Source: Bdellovibrionota bacterium (GTDB taxonomy: Bacteria; Bdellovibrionota_C; UBA2361; JBGSMV01). From it: 41,476 nt of DNA. Every line of letters begins with the position of its first letter. Position 1 is the stretch's first letter. A model generated the notes under the pieces. It did no database searches, was not told the DNA's origin, and was given only the letters and a program-made list of their open reading frames with translations. The translations under genes and the position numbers were made by a program. The DNA lies in NCBI GenBank assembly GCA_044356455.1, contig JBIKWF010000031.1:1-41476 (forward strand), written 5' to 3'. Below are positions 25,383 to 35,302 of the stretch, one piece after another.

Positions 25383-26017
25383 TAGGTTCTCTCTCCAAAC
25401 AGCTCTGCCCCGCGCAGGGTGCCCGCGGCAAAATATTCTCTTTCATGACAGACCCAGTCCATTCCGATGTCATGCGCCTCGTGCGGCAGGGACGGGACAA
25501 GCTGAAGGCTCCAGCACACACCTATCACTAAAGCTTCAGCCATCCGCGGATCGGCGAGGAACCTATCATAATACCCCCCTCCGCGGCCAAGGCGCCCCCC
25601 TTGGCCATCAAAGGCAAGGCCAGGAACAAGCACTAAGGTTGAAGGGCCCCAGTCAGGAGAATAAAGCGAACCGGATTTTTCAACGGGCTGCGGTAAACCT
25701 CTCCAGCCTTCTTCGAACTTTGAGGACCAGTCGGTGTCGATAGAAACAAAGGTCATGCTGCGATCGGGGAGTGCGCGCGGGAGATAGACTTCGCGCGCAT
25801 CGAGCTCTCCCGTGATGAGGGAGGACAGGTCAACTTCGCCAGGAAAATGCGCCGACCAGGCAAGAATGTGCTCAATCGGTTGGTCAATTTCTTTGCGAAA
25901 AAGCGTGCGCAAATTCTCACAGATTTCGGAACTCGCCGCCTGAACCCAGCGCCTATCAAGGCTTGCAAGGACGCGGCTCATATCTTGCCGAAGTTCGATT
26001 TTAATCTTTTTCCCCAT
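25382..26017 (-). CDS. 5-formyltetrahydrofolate cyclo-ligase
   Basis: VPGLAFD..G.RLGRGGGYYDRFL and P.EAHDI.MD motifs. Likely start MGKK at 26017 after a G-rich SD. Confidence 0.93.
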   Translation of the reverse strand: MGKKIKIELRQDMSRVLASLDRRWVQAASSEICENLRTLFRKEIDQPIEHILAWSAHFPGEVDLSSLITGELDAREVYLPRALPDRSMTFVSIDTDWSSKFEEGWRGLPQPVEKSGSLYSPDWGPSTLVLVPGLAFDGQGGRLGRGGGYYDRFLADPRMAEALVIGVCWSLQLVPSLPHEAHDIGMDWVCHEREYFAAGTLRGAELFGERT

Positions 26018-26030
26018 CGCCCCCCCTTTT

Positions 26031-26213
26031 CGACTATCCGACATTCTGCGCTGCGCATGAGCGCGGAGTCTGGTGACCTCATCCATGATACGTGGTTCAG
26101 ACTTCTTGCCTAAGAATATTGAACCTTCGCTATCGACATACTCGTGCTCACGCCCTCGTGCCCAGGTCACACCGAGCTACGTATTCATACGAACATTCGT
26201 TCGGACTCGTCGC
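26031..26213 (-). ncRNA. Candidate 6S-like RNA
   Basis: ~183-nt rod-like fold by eye, with nested helices CGAC/GTCG, TCCGA/TCGGA, CGTATGA/TCATGCG, GTGACCT/AGGTCAC and GGTTCA/TGAACC, plus an internal bubble. It lies directly upstream of 5-FTHF cyclo-ligase, the usual 6S position. Confidence 0.45.
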
Positions 26214-26449
26214 CCTTTTTCAGAATGGCCCAGCAGGCGAGCCAACGCCCCTGACTCTTGGCGAATTTTCACCAAACCGCAACCCTTGCGAACGTCAACA
26301 ACAATAAACTTCTAAGAGCCTGAAACCAGGTCGCTTCATCTCGCCTCATAACAAGAGAAGACAACTTCAATAGGCCCAGAACGTAAGGAATACGCGGCAG
26401 GTCGCCGATATTTCTTTCTTAAGGACTTTCGCAAGGAGCTTTCTAACTA

Positions 26450-27010
26450 GTGCGCGAGTGGTTATCGAGCATAGTGGTATTTCTTATTGTGGTGAGCAGC
26501 GCTGCGGCGCAAGGTTCGCCGAATGAGCCGAGCGCTCGTTTCACTGCAGCGGATATTCCAGGCGCTCTGCACCTACTCTTTGGCGATGACCTCGCGGCAT
26601 TCACCGGTTTCACTCCTCAGATTCTGATAAGTCCCCAAGCGATGCCGAATGCATTTGCGCGCGGCGACTCTACCATTGTGCTTACCTCAGGACTCCTTGC
26701 AGCGATTAAGTCTGAGGACGAACTAGCCTTTGTGCTTGCTCACGAGGTTGCGCATCTGATGAAGCACCAAAAGCGAGCAGCCCAGTATTCCCTTCTCCCG
26801 CTCAGTTCGCGCTCGAAGTCGCTCCTAGAGCTCGAGTATGACGCAGATTTATTTGCCCTGCGTTTGATGAAACGAGCGGGGCTCTCGACCACTGCCGGAG
26901 CTTCGATACTTGAGCGAAATGGGAATTTTGGGGCTGAATTTGGGGCTCCTCTCTCAAGCACCCACCCTTCGCTCGTAGCGCGTCTTGAGCGCTTGAAGGC
27001 CCTTTCCTAA
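26450..27010 (+). CDS. M48-family metalloprotease, secreted
   Basis: Signal peptide and PNAFA, ELAFVLAHEVAH, EYDAD and THP...R motifs. Confidence 0.92.
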   Translation: MREWLSSIVVFLIVVSSAAAQGSPNEPSARFTAADIPGALHLLFGDDLAAFTGFTPQILISPQAMPNAFARGDSTIVLTSGLLAAIKSEDELAFVLAHEVAHLMKHQKRAAQYSLLPLSSRSKSLLELEYDADLFALRLMKRAGLSTTAGASILERNGNFGAEFGAPLSSTHPSLVARLERLKALS

Positions 27011-27281
27011 GGCCCCCTGCTGTTCATGCGCTTTATGCACCGACCTTGGCTGCTCTGGAGCGTGGGAGAACCACGGAGAATTCAGTCTAAAGGAGGCCTA
27101 AAATCGCTCAAGGGCTAACCGCCAGAAGCTAGTTTCCCGCCACTTTTGGGTCAAAACCGCGTTATCCGAAAAAGTGGTACTTACTGCACCCAAGCTGTTA
27201 AGCAATTTGCAGATACATCCGACTATTCATCAGTACCTAAGCTGCAGTAAGTGCTTACAACAGGTTACCTAAGAATACCCT

Positions 27282-28049
27282 ATGGCACCTTCTCCTTCTG
27301 ACCAGCCAATGGTGATGAGCCCCGCCGAGCGGGCCAAAGCCTTCGTTCTTATAGTGGAAAAAGACCCCACCGAGAGAAATAACATGCGCACCGCGCTTAA
27401 ATCTCTTGGGTATGGTGCTTTTACCGATGTGGCCGACCATGCGGTTGCGCTTGAAAAACTTGCCGAGCGAAAGATCACGCACGTGCTTTTTGACGCGAAG
27501 GCCACCAAGATTCAGCCCAAGGAGTTTCTTCATAAGCTTCTTGAAAACGACAAAACTATTGTCGCTATCCCGTCTTCTTACGATCCTAACATCGACGACG
27601 TCTTTGATTTGCTGATCATGGGAGCCAAGGGCTACCTGGTAAAACCCTTCACGGTCGACACGCTTGAGCTGGCTATCGTCATGGCGTCTAAGGGTGAGCC
27701 AATGAACGATGCGGTCTTGAATGCAAGGGACCGAAACGAAGCGCTCGTCGCCATTTTGATGGGAAGCCTCGACAAGGCAGCTACCGTACTTCGTCAGGCA
27801 CAGCAGTTTGAAACTGCCAAGCGCGAAATCCCCAAAGCCATCTCCGGCCTCAAGCGCTCCTCGGAACTCGCCAAAATGTTCGCCAAGGGCGGTGAGATGG
27901 GACTTATCAATGCGATTGAGAAATTCTGCATCGAAAGAAGTAAGGGTCCTGCGACGCGTCTTGGACGTCTTCGAAAGCGCCTCAATACTTCCCGGGTTGT
28001 TCCTGGAGAAGAGGGCAAGGAGGAAGAACCAAGCGAAGCAGCCGAGTAA
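27282..28049 (+). CDS. Response regulator with atypical receiver and helical C-terminal domain
   Basis: VLIVEKD, VLFDA and GAKGYLVKPF motifs. Output domain not recognised. Confidence 0.82.
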   Translation: MAPSPSDQPMVMSPAERAKAFVLIVEKDPTERNNMRTALKSLGYGAFTDVADHAVALEKLAERKITHVLFDAKATKIQPKEFLHKLLENDKTIVAIPSSYDPNIDDVFDLLIMGAKGYLVKPFTVDTLELAIVMASKGEPMNDAVLNARDRNEALVAILMGSLDKAATVLRQAQQFETAKREIPKAISGLKRSSELAKMFAKGGEMGLINAIEKFCIERSKGPATRLGRLRKRLNTSRVVPGEEGKEEEPSEAAE

Positions 28050-28077
28050 GGTTTCACCTTGGGCCGTTCTACTTTAG

Positions 28078-28206
28078 GTAAGCTCTGAAAAAGTCCCCTC
28101 TGTGAACTCTGTGCCCTCTGTGGTTAGTTTAAATTGTTGAAAAACCAAAGAGGACACAGAGTTCACAGAGAGAAAAAATAAAATATCGAGTTTTTTCAGG
28201 GGTTCC
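28078..28206 (-). mobile_element. 129-bp MITE, subtype I, inverted orientation
   Basis: Reverse complement of the 38155 copy, flanked by TTAG on both sides. Confidence 0.9.
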
Positions 28207-28265
28207 TTAGATAGTGCGCGCGGGTCCTTTTGGTATTCTCCCAAATACCTTATCTTTAGAGTGTA

Positions 28266-28946
28266 ATGAAAACGCGCTATTTCAGCACTTCCGCTTTTTC
28301 TCTCACCCTCAGTGGATGTTTGCTGCTCTTATGTGCGCCGCTTATGAGCGCCTTTTTTGCGCCCTCTCTCTGCCACGCAGACTCGATTACCGAGCTCATG
28401 GGCACCAAGCAGTACAAGAAAATCTCCCGTCGCCACACGGGCGGTAAAGAGCTCTACGGAAAGAAATGGCTTAAACCTGGTTCAAGTTTTGCGCGCGTCT
28501 TTACTGAAGATGACGGGGGAAAACTATTGCTCGATTGGCTAGGGGTAAGTTCAACGGGGCTCACCCTTGGCGCCTTGGATACCGAGCGACCCCTTGAGTA
28601 CGCCTCCGCCACTCGCGAATTACTCACGAAGGACCTCAAGAAGATTTCCATCTCGGCGTTTCTGCCGCACCCCAAGTATCAAGACACTATCACGTTGGGG
28701 CTGATTGACACCTTCATCAAGTATGAACCCCCTAAACTAAAAATTCTCTATTCGAAGCAAGTTGAACTCCAAGGCGCGACAGGCACTTCCTATGAACATG
28801 AAACGGGTGCGTGTTCTCTTGTAGTGAAAGGCGCGAAAGGATCTCTGATAGTAGTAGAGACCAAGCGGCTTCAAGATATGGAGGTTCTGCTTGAGTTCGC
28901 GAAGAAGCTTGATTTTGTGCGGCTTGCGGAGCGGCTGGAGTCGTGA
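28266..28946 (+). CDS. Hypothetical exported protein
   Basis: 226-aa ORF with a signal-peptide-like N-terminus. Confidence 0.75.
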   Translation: MKTRYFSTSAFSLTLSGCLLLLCAPLMSAFFAPSLCHADSITELMGTKQYKKISRRHTGGKELYGKKWLKPGSSFARVFTEDDGGKLLLDWLGVSSTGLTLGALDTERPLEYASATRELLTKDLKKISISAFLPHPKYQDTITLGLIDTFIKYEPPKLKILYSKQVELQGATGTSYEHETGACSLVVKGAKGSLIVVETKRLQDMEVLLEFAKKLDFVRLAERLES

Positions 28947-28953
28947 TTGCTAA

Positions 28954-29082
28954 GGAACCTCTGGAAAACCTCGATACTTTGTTTTTTCTCTCTGTGATCT
29001 CTGTGCCCTCTGTGGTTTTTCAACAATTTAAATCAACCACAGAGGGCACAGAGATCACAGAGTGGAGTTTTTAACAGGCTCC
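28954..29082 (+). mobile_element. 129-bp MITE, subtype I
   Basis: GGAACCTCTGGAAAAC...TTTTTAACAGGCTCC flanked by CTAA on both sides. The right copy contains the stop of the minus-strand gene. Confidence 0.9.
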
Positions 29083-29874
29083 CTAAAGCGGGTTTACTGA
29101 AACGAGCAGTGCATCATCAACCATATGCTCAGAGGTAGTGGTTGCTACTTCAGCGAATTGCATCGACCATTCCTCTATCGTCTGCCGCGCATGCGCGTAT
29201 TGCTGATAGTCCTTGACGGAAAAGAGCGTCGATTTATCGGCCTCGCGGTCTTTGAATTCAAAAAGGATTTCGCCGCTCGCCCCGTCCTTTACTACGCCCT
29301 CTATGGCGATACTTCCGGTGCCAAGGAAACGAATGGCTCCCCCACCTGGGACAAAAAATCCGCCTATGGTAGCAAGCGCCTGAATACCCGGGTTCGTGGG
29401 GACCACCTCTACAAGAGCAAGATCAACCAAGAAACCATCGGTGGGCACTTCCTCCACAACCTCAAATGATTTTCTTTTCTCCTCCTTAGGTGCCTCTTCT
29501 TGAGAATCTTCCTCCTCCTCTTCGCCTAACCCTTCGGCGGCGTTCTTAAAGCGCTCACGAAGATAACGCGCCATCTCATGGAGCTCCTCAATACGCTGCC
29601 GCTCAATGCTAGGTGGAAGATCCATTTTCTTAATACGGCTAATCGCATGCTCAACGTTCACTTCGTCGAAGTAGATCTTCTCGTATTTGCGGACGAGCGC
29701 GTCCCACTTCTTTTCGTCGGAAACATAAATGCCGTTGAAGGGGGCCCGCTCACGCTTCTCCACAAGTACGTTCCCATGCGGAAGAAAGGGGGTACTCTCT
29801 AACTGGCGTGGCCGCACCAAAGAGCACGAGCACACGAGAAGGCAAATCAGAAGCAGCGAGAACAATCTAGTCAT
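29083..29874 (-). CDS. DUF3313-like lipoprotein
   Basis: Lipobox-like LVCSC and GSIAIEGVVKDGASGEILFEFKD...IEEW pattern. Confidence 0.75.
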   Translation of the reverse strand: MTRLFSLLLICLLVCSCSLVRPRQLESTPFLPHGNVLVEKRERAPFNGIYVSDEKKWDALVRKYEKIYFDEVNVEHAISRIKKMDLPPSIERQRIEELHEMARYLRERFKNAAEGLGEEEEEDSQEEAPKEEKRKSFEVVEEVPTDGFLVDLALVEVVPTNPGIQALATIGGFFVPGGGAIRFLGTGSIAIEGVVKDGASGEILFEFKDREADKSTLFSVKDYQQYAHARQTIEEWSMQFAEVATTTSEHMVDDALLVSVNPL

Positions 29875-29919
29875 GCACAACCCCCAAGCTCCCCCTCGGA
29901 GAGCAATTGGCTCAGCCCC

Positions 29920-30639
29920 CTACTCCGCAAGCAGAGCTTCAATTTTTTCGACTACCGTTTGGCTTTGCGGGTTCGAAAATGACCCAAAGCGCGCACGCAG
30001 AGTGCCCTTTCTATCGATCAGGAACTTTTCAAAATTCCACTCAATTTCTCCCTTGAATTGCTCACCGCTTTCCTCGGTAAGGAGCTTAAAGAGTGGTTGC
30101 TTTTCTGATCCGCGCACATGGCCCCGTTCATACATGGGAAAAGATACGCCGAACTTCACGCGGCAGAACTCTTGGATTTTCTTGTTTGAACCCGGCTCCT
30201 GATTTGCAAAATCATTGCTGGGGAAACCCGCTACAACAAAGCCCTTGTCTTTATATCGCTCATAAAGCTTCTGAAGATCACTGTACTGGAGAGTGAAGCC
30301 GCATTTTGAGGCAGTATTCACCACGAGTACTACTTTGCCCTGGTATTGTCCTAGGTCGCTTTTCTCACCTTCTATTGAGGTTGCTGATATTTGGTAGAAT
30401 TTCGGTTTCTCGCTGCCCTTTGCAAGGGAAGCAGGCTGCGCGTTTGTTTCTGAGCCCTGCCCGCTAGTGCCAGATTCAGTCTCCGCTAGACTTTGACGCG
30501 CCAATGGTCCGACGCCAGCTAAAACAACTGCCGAGGCAAAAGCCAGGAAAGCAGCCAAGCACCGCGCATGTGAGCCACTCCTCTTTTTGGGAAAAGGCAT
30601 TACCTTAGGGGTCTTTTCGTAAGGGCAGTCTGAGGCCAT
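29920..30639 (-). CDS. Glutathione peroxidase, exported
   Basis: GKVVLVVNTASKCGFT.QY, GFPSNDF..QEPG and WNFEKFLI motifs, with an N-terminal signal-like extension. Start may be 30600. Confidence 0.95.
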   Translation of the reverse strand: MASDCPYEKTPKVMPFPKKRSGSHARCLAAFLAFASAVVLAGVGPLARQSLAETESGTSGQGSETNAQPASLAKGSEKPKFYQISATSIEGEKSDLGQYQGKVVLVVNTASKCGFTLQYSDLQKLYERYKDKGFVVAGFPSNDFANQEPGSNKKIQEFCRVKFGVSFPMYERGHVRGSEKQPLFKLLTEESGEQFKGEIEWNFEKFLIDRKGTLRARFGSFSNPQSQTVVEKIEALLAE

Positions 30640-30814
30640 AAGCTATGCACCTTTGCTGATAGCGATTCTTTCTGGGGCGCGAGGCCGATCAGGCTGCCGC
30701 GCCCTCTTGAAACATTAGACAGGAAAAACGACAGGCGCAACTTGGGCGCGCCACATCACGAGGCCCGCCCATAAGATTTCAGTCTACGAGAAAGTCGTTA
30801 AGGAGACCCCTCGC

Positions 30815-31318
30815 CTACTTTTTAGCAGAAGCCTCAAGGTTAAACCCGGTGGTCTCTAGCTCGCTGGCGAGAATGGTATAGGCGCGTGCTGCCGCAAGCT
30901 TAACTTTTGCTACTTGGTCAGCGGCTGGGGGAAGACCTGCAACCTCTGCAGATACTTGCTCTGCGATTTGACCATACTGCTTCTTCACTTCAGTAAGTGC
31001 GGCGCGGCTCGTGTATCCGGCATTAGGGAGAAGATCAGAGAAGGCCGATTCAAGAGACTTTGCTTGAGCTGCCTGCTCTCCGATAGAGGAAGCAGCGAGA
31101 GCCCCATCAATAGCTTTCATCGCTTGGTCGAGAGACTTGGACGCTTCCGCGGAAAGAGCGCCGGAAGGGACGCGCTTTTGCACAGAGGTAAAGCGCTCGC
31201 GTGCAAGACCAAGTACTTCATCCAGGGACTTTGTCTCTCCGCGCGGAGCGCAGCCTGAAGCGACAAGGAGTAGAAGTGAAGCTACAAGGGTGAGAGAAAA
31301 TCGGGGCGCTACTTTCAT
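30815..31318 (-). CDS. Hypothetical helical lipoprotein
   Basis: Lipobox LLVASGC and an Ala-rich helical body. Confidence 0.75.
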   Translation of the reverse strand: MKVAPRFSLTLVASLLLLVASGCAPRGETKSLDEVLGLARERFTSVQKRVPSGALSAEASKSLDQAMKAIDGALAASSIGEQAAQAKSLESAFSDLLPNAGYTSRAALTEVKKQYGQIAEQVSAEVAGLPPAADQVAKVKLAAARAYTILASELETTGFNLEASAKK

Positions 31319-31459
31319 AAGCACAAACTCGGAAAAAGACAAAGAATCCTCGAAGGATACGTATTTCTATAGCGCACGATTGGGCGTGGGTAAATATGTC
31401 CTCTCAAGAGCATAAAACAGGGTTAAGGGACTGAGCCCTGCTCTCAGGGCCAAAGAGGG

Positions 31460-33001
31460 CTACAATTTCGCAAGCCCGGCTCGATAGGCCTTGGCCTGCG
31501 CGAAAGTGGCCTTTTTCTCTGCCTCGGTCATGCCGCCAAGGGTGCGGTACACCATCCCAATGCGAGGATTACGGTCGAGCAGCGCTCGATGCCTCTCAAA
31601 GAACTCCCAGTAGAGGCTGTTAAAGGGACAACTCCCGGGACCGTGGCGCTTGCCTGGGTCGTAGGTGCACGCGCCGCAGTAATTGCTCATCTTCTTGATG
31701 TAGTTAGCGCTTGATACGTAGGGCTTGGTCCCCACGATGCCTCCGTCGGCAAACTGACTCATGCCGCGCGTGTTGGTGATTTCAACCCATTCAATAGCAT
31801 CGATGTAGATTCCTAAATACCACGCGTCCGCGGCCTCCGGCGAGATACCGGCAAGGAGCATAAAGTTCCCAGTTACCATGAGCCGCTGAATATGATGTGC
31901 GTAGGCGTGGTCAAGCGACTGCGTCACCGCGCTCTTCACGCACGCCATCTGCGTCTCTCCCGTCCAGAAATACTCAGGGAGCGCCTCGGTGTGCCCAAAG
32001 AAGTTTCGCGACTTAAAGCTCGGCATCTCTGCCCAATAGATGCCGCGCATATACTCGCGCCAACCAAGTATCTGGCGAATGAAGCCCTCCACTTGCGCGA
32101 GAGTTATCTCCGCCGGTCTTTCCCTCCAGGCCTTCTCCGCCTGCGCCACAACTTCGCGCGGAGAGATCATCTTCGTATTGAGCGCAAAGGAGAGCAGCGA
32201 ATGGAAAAGAAAGGGCTCCGACGCATGCATGGCATCTTGATACGTCCCAAAGTGCGGCAAACATTCGTCTAAGAACCGAGCGAGCACCTGAAGTGCTTCG
32301 GCCCTGCTCTTGGGCCAAGGGAAGGCGTCGGGATTAATCCGCCCTATGGTGGCTATCTTTTGGGTCTCAAGGAGCTGAGTCAACTCTCGTACCTCGTGCC
32401 GAAACGGTAGCGCGGCGGGAGGAGGCGGCGAGCCTTTGTAGCGGCTTCGATTCTCGTGGTCGAAGTTCCAGGCGCCGCCCTCGGGCTCTTCGTCATTCAT
32501 GAGCACACGGTGAACGCGCCGCATATGCCGGTAGAAGGTCTCCATGAGATAGGTTTTTTTGCCTTTAAAAAGCGCGGCGAATTCATGCCTTTCAGTATAG
32601 AAATGCTCGCTTGAACAAGCGCTCACCTCACCCGAGAAAGTTTGCGCGAGCGCTTTTAGTTGCTCATCAAGCCGCACTTCATCTGGCTCCTGATAGTGCA
32701 GCTCTGTGGTCTGATGCTCGGCTGCTAACATGAGCAGATTCTTGTCGATGCGGTGCTGGTTGCGCGGATCGTCCAGCGTAAGGTAGTCGACGTGATACCC
32801 TCTTTCACGAAGTTCATTTGCGAACGTGCGCATCGAGAGAAAAAAGCCCACCACTTTTTGGATATGATGCGTGACGTACGAGGCCTCTTCCCGCACTTCC
32901 ATCAAGGTATAGACGACCTGTTTTTGTGCACTGCTTGGCGTGTCAAACCAACTATGCTGCGAGTTCAGCTGATCGCCGAGGATAAGACGAAGTACTTTCA
33001 T
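31460..33001 (-). CDS. Cryptochrome/photolyase family protein, Fe-S (PhrB/CryB-like (6-4) photolyase) class
   Basis: LILGDQL, HHIQK, GGAWNFD..NR, YAHHIQRLMVTGNF and KPYVSS.NYI motifs. Four conserved Cys (MAC, YCGAC, CPF). Confidence 0.95.
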   Translation of the reverse strand: MKVLRLILGDQLNSQHSWFDTPSSAQKQVVYTLMEVREEASYVTHHIQKVVGFFLSMRTFANELRERGYHVDYLTLDDPRNQHRIDKNLLMLAAEHQTTELHYQEPDEVRLDEQLKALAQTFSGEVSACSSEHFYTERHEFAALFKGKKTYLMETFYRHMRRVHRVLMNDEEPEGGAWNFDHENRSRYKGSPPPPAALPFRHEVRELTQLLETQKIATIGRINPDAFPWPKSRAEALQVLARFLDECLPHFGTYQDAMHASEPFLFHSLLSFALNTKMISPREVVAQAEKAWRERPAEITLAQVEGFIRQILGWREYMRGIYWAEMPSFKSRNFFGHTEALPEYFWTGETQMACVKSAVTQSLDHAYAHHIQRLMVTGNFMLLAGISPEAADAWYLGIYIDAIEWVEITNTRGMSQFADGGIVGTKPYVSSANYIKKMSNYCGACTYDPGKRHGPGSCPFNSLYWEFFERHRALLDRNPRIGMVYRTLGGMTEAEKKATFAQAKAYRAGLAKL

Positions 33002-33007
33002 AAGTTC

Positions 33008-34606
33008 TTACGCGAAATCGAGCGCGATGAGTTCTCCCCTTTCGTTCACCGGAGGATCTTTGGGAAAGGAAATATCAAAAAGAGTTCCTGCTCCTGGCTG
33101 GCTTGTCACGTCAACTGTTCCGCCGTGGGCTACCACCACGTTTTTCACTACGAAAAGTCCAAGCCCCGTTCCGGTAACGTCTCCATGTTTGGCAAGTCTG
33201 GCAAAGCGTTGGAAGAGCCCATTAACTTCTGAAGGCTCCATGCCACTACCGGTGTCTTTCACTCGCAAGTGAAGACGCCCCTCTTCCACCGCAAGACCAA
33301 GCGTGATGCGTCCGCCTTTGGGGGTAAACTTAAGCGCATTACTCAGCAGGTTTCCCAAGGTACGCTCGAAACCAAGACGATCGAGCTTCCATTCAATGGA
33401 AGATGCGCACCAAGATTTCTCAATCGCAATAGCGCGTGACTGAGCGACGGGCGAAAAGGCCGATACCACCGTCTCGACCGAAGCAATGACTTCAGTCATG
33501 ACAGGCTTTAGAATGAAGGCCCCTTCTTGAATGCGGCGCGCGCTTAAAAATTCATCGATTAAATTTACTGCGGACTGCGCGGACGAAGCTATGCGCAGGA
33601 CAAGATCCTTCACCCGTTCGGGAGAAAGCGGAGTACTCGCGATCAGATCTGCCGAGAGAAGTATCGCCCCCAGAGGCCCTTTGAGGTCATGGGTCGTAGT
33701 AGAGAGAATTTCTCGCTGGAACTTTTCGCGTCGTTTGCGCTCTTGCACATCTCGCACCCACACCACCAGTCGGCGTGTCCCTCCCTGCGCTAGACCACCC
33801 TGCTCAGAACTCCCGTGGCCAACCCCTGCTTGACCGAAAATGTCTGAGGCGCCTCCGGCGACCACCGAAAAGCTCATATCAAAGGCCGCGTTACCACCTC
33901 CCTCAGGAACTATTTCGGTGCTCCACACGGCGCCGGCGGCGAGTGACTGGCGCTTCTCCTCAATGAGCCGAAGCGCACGATCGCGCTGCGAAACTTTGCT
34001 TCCGATGAGATCGGCGACGTGCGCGACCGATCCTCCTACAAGACTCGCAAAAGCAACGAGCGCTGAATTTGCATAGGTTATTCTTCCGTCTTCATCGGCA
34101 ACCGCGAGACCATCCGAACTGTTTTCAATCGCCGCACGCAAAGCCCGCATTTCTGCTTCGAGTTTAAGTTTCTCAGCCTCAAGAGAACGCTGGGCATAGA
34201 GCCGCGAGAGGGCAAAACCAAGAACTTCGCGAAAGTTACTGTCGAAGTCTTTGACGAGAAAGTCATTTGCCCCAAGGCGCATCGCTTCGACGGCGTCGCG
34301 AAGTGAGTTCGACGAAGTGAGGACAATGACCGGTACTCCCGGAGCTGTTTCGCGCAGGCGTGCCACGTTCCCTTCGGGAGGAGCATCCGGCACATTTAGG
34401 TCAGAAATAACAAGATCAAACTTTGCTGCGCGTGCGGCCTCGAGCGCGAGCGCCAGAGTTGGCTGATGGTCTACACTTCCTGCAAAGCCCTTAAGGGCGC
34501 GGCGAATAAGATGTGCGTGCGCAGGGTCATCTTCAAGCAGCAGCACGCGCTCAAAGAGAGGCGTTGCCGGGCTCGTCACCAATGTTGGATCTGAAGGTAC
34601 GCTCAT
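33008..34606 (-). CDS. Hybrid response regulator/sensor histidine kinase (REC-PAS-HisKA-HATPase)
   Basis: LLLEDD/SDLNVPD receiver, YANSAL PAS, THDLKGPL, NLLSNALKFT, DTGSGM and GTGLGL. Likely start 34606. Confidence 0.93.
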   Translation of the reverse strand: MSVPSDPTLVTSPATPLFERVLLLEDDPAHAHLIRRALKGFAGSVDHQPTLALALEAARAAKFDLVISDLNVPDAPPEGNVARLRETAPGVPVIVLTSSNSLRDAVEAMRLGANDFLVKDFDSNFREVLGFALSRLYAQRSLEAEKLKLEAEMRALRAAIENSSDGLAVADEDGRITYANSALVAFASLVGGSVAHVADLIGSKVSQRDRALRLIEEKRQSLAAGAVWSTEIVPEGGGNAAFDMSFSVVAGGASDIFGQAGVGHGSSEQGGLAQGGTRRLVVWVRDVQERKRREKFQREILSTTTHDLKGPLGAILLSADLIASTPLSPERVKDLVLRIASSAQSAVNLIDEFLSARRIQEGAFILKPVMTEVIASVETVVSAFSPVAQSRAIAIEKSWCASSIEWKLDRLGFERTLGNLLSNALKFTPKGGRITLGLAVEEGRLHLRVKDTGSGMEPSEVNGLFQRFARLAKHGDVTGTGLGLFVVKNVVVAHGGTVDVTSQPGAGTLFDISFPKDPPVNERGELIALDFA

Positions 34607-34740
34607 GAGAGACTTTCTATTCGGCAGACTTTTGGCCTGAAGTAAGGACAAGTTTAAGGGGGCGCCTGCCCTACCGCCATGGGCTAATAGGCCCCAGCGA
34701 GGCATTGAATCCCGCGAAAGTTATGCTATCTGTGCAGCCT

Positions 34741-35271
34741 ATGATTAAACCCGATCACTGGATCCGACAATTCGCAGAAAAGGGCGGAATACTCCCCTTT
34801 AACCCTGAGCAGATTAACCCCGCGAGCTACGATGTAACTCTCGGGAACCACTGGATCTGCCCTACGCGGCAACCGGAAGAGATTATGGCGAGCTCCTTTA
34901 CGCTCTTCCCCGGAGAGGTGATTCTTGCGACCACACGCGAATTCCTCAAAATGCCGCGCGACGTGGTTTGTGACCTCAAATTGAAGAGTTCTTTAGGCCG
35001 GCTCTGGCTTAATCACAGCTTGAGCGGTTGGATTGACTGCGGATTTGAGGGGCAAGTCACCCTTGAGCTTCAAAACTTAGGCCCCTACCCCCGCTCCCTC
35101 TCCGAGGGCATGCGGGTCGCCCAGCTCGTTTTCTTCACCATGGAGAGCGCGCCTGAGCTCGCCTACGGAGAAGGCGGTAGAGGGCATTATCAGGGCCAAA
35201 AAGGGGCTACCAAGGCCTGGACCGAGGAGTTCTTCCCCAAGCAGCTCAAGGAGCCGACCAGAAGTAGATAA
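34741..35271 (+). CDS. dcd: dCTP deaminase
   Basis: INPASYDVTLG, KSSLGR, IDCGFEGQVTLEL, RVAQLVF and YQGQ motifs. Start MIKPDHWI. Confidence 0.93.
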   Translation: MIKPDHWIRQFAEKGGILPFNPEQINPASYDVTLGNHWICPTRQPEEIMASSFTLFPGEVILATTREFLKMPRDVVCDLKLKSSLGRLWLNHSLSGWIDCGFEGQVTLELQNLGPYPRSLSEGMRVAQLVFFTMESAPELAYGEGGRGHYQGQKGATKAWTEEFFPKQLKEPTRSR

Positions 35272-35302
35272 CTAGCTGAAATGTCTGCTAGCCAAGCTAT
35301 CA

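Noticed and set aside
29920..30639. Selenocysteine glutathione peroxidase
   Set aside because: The active site is Cys (KCGFT) with no in-frame TGA.
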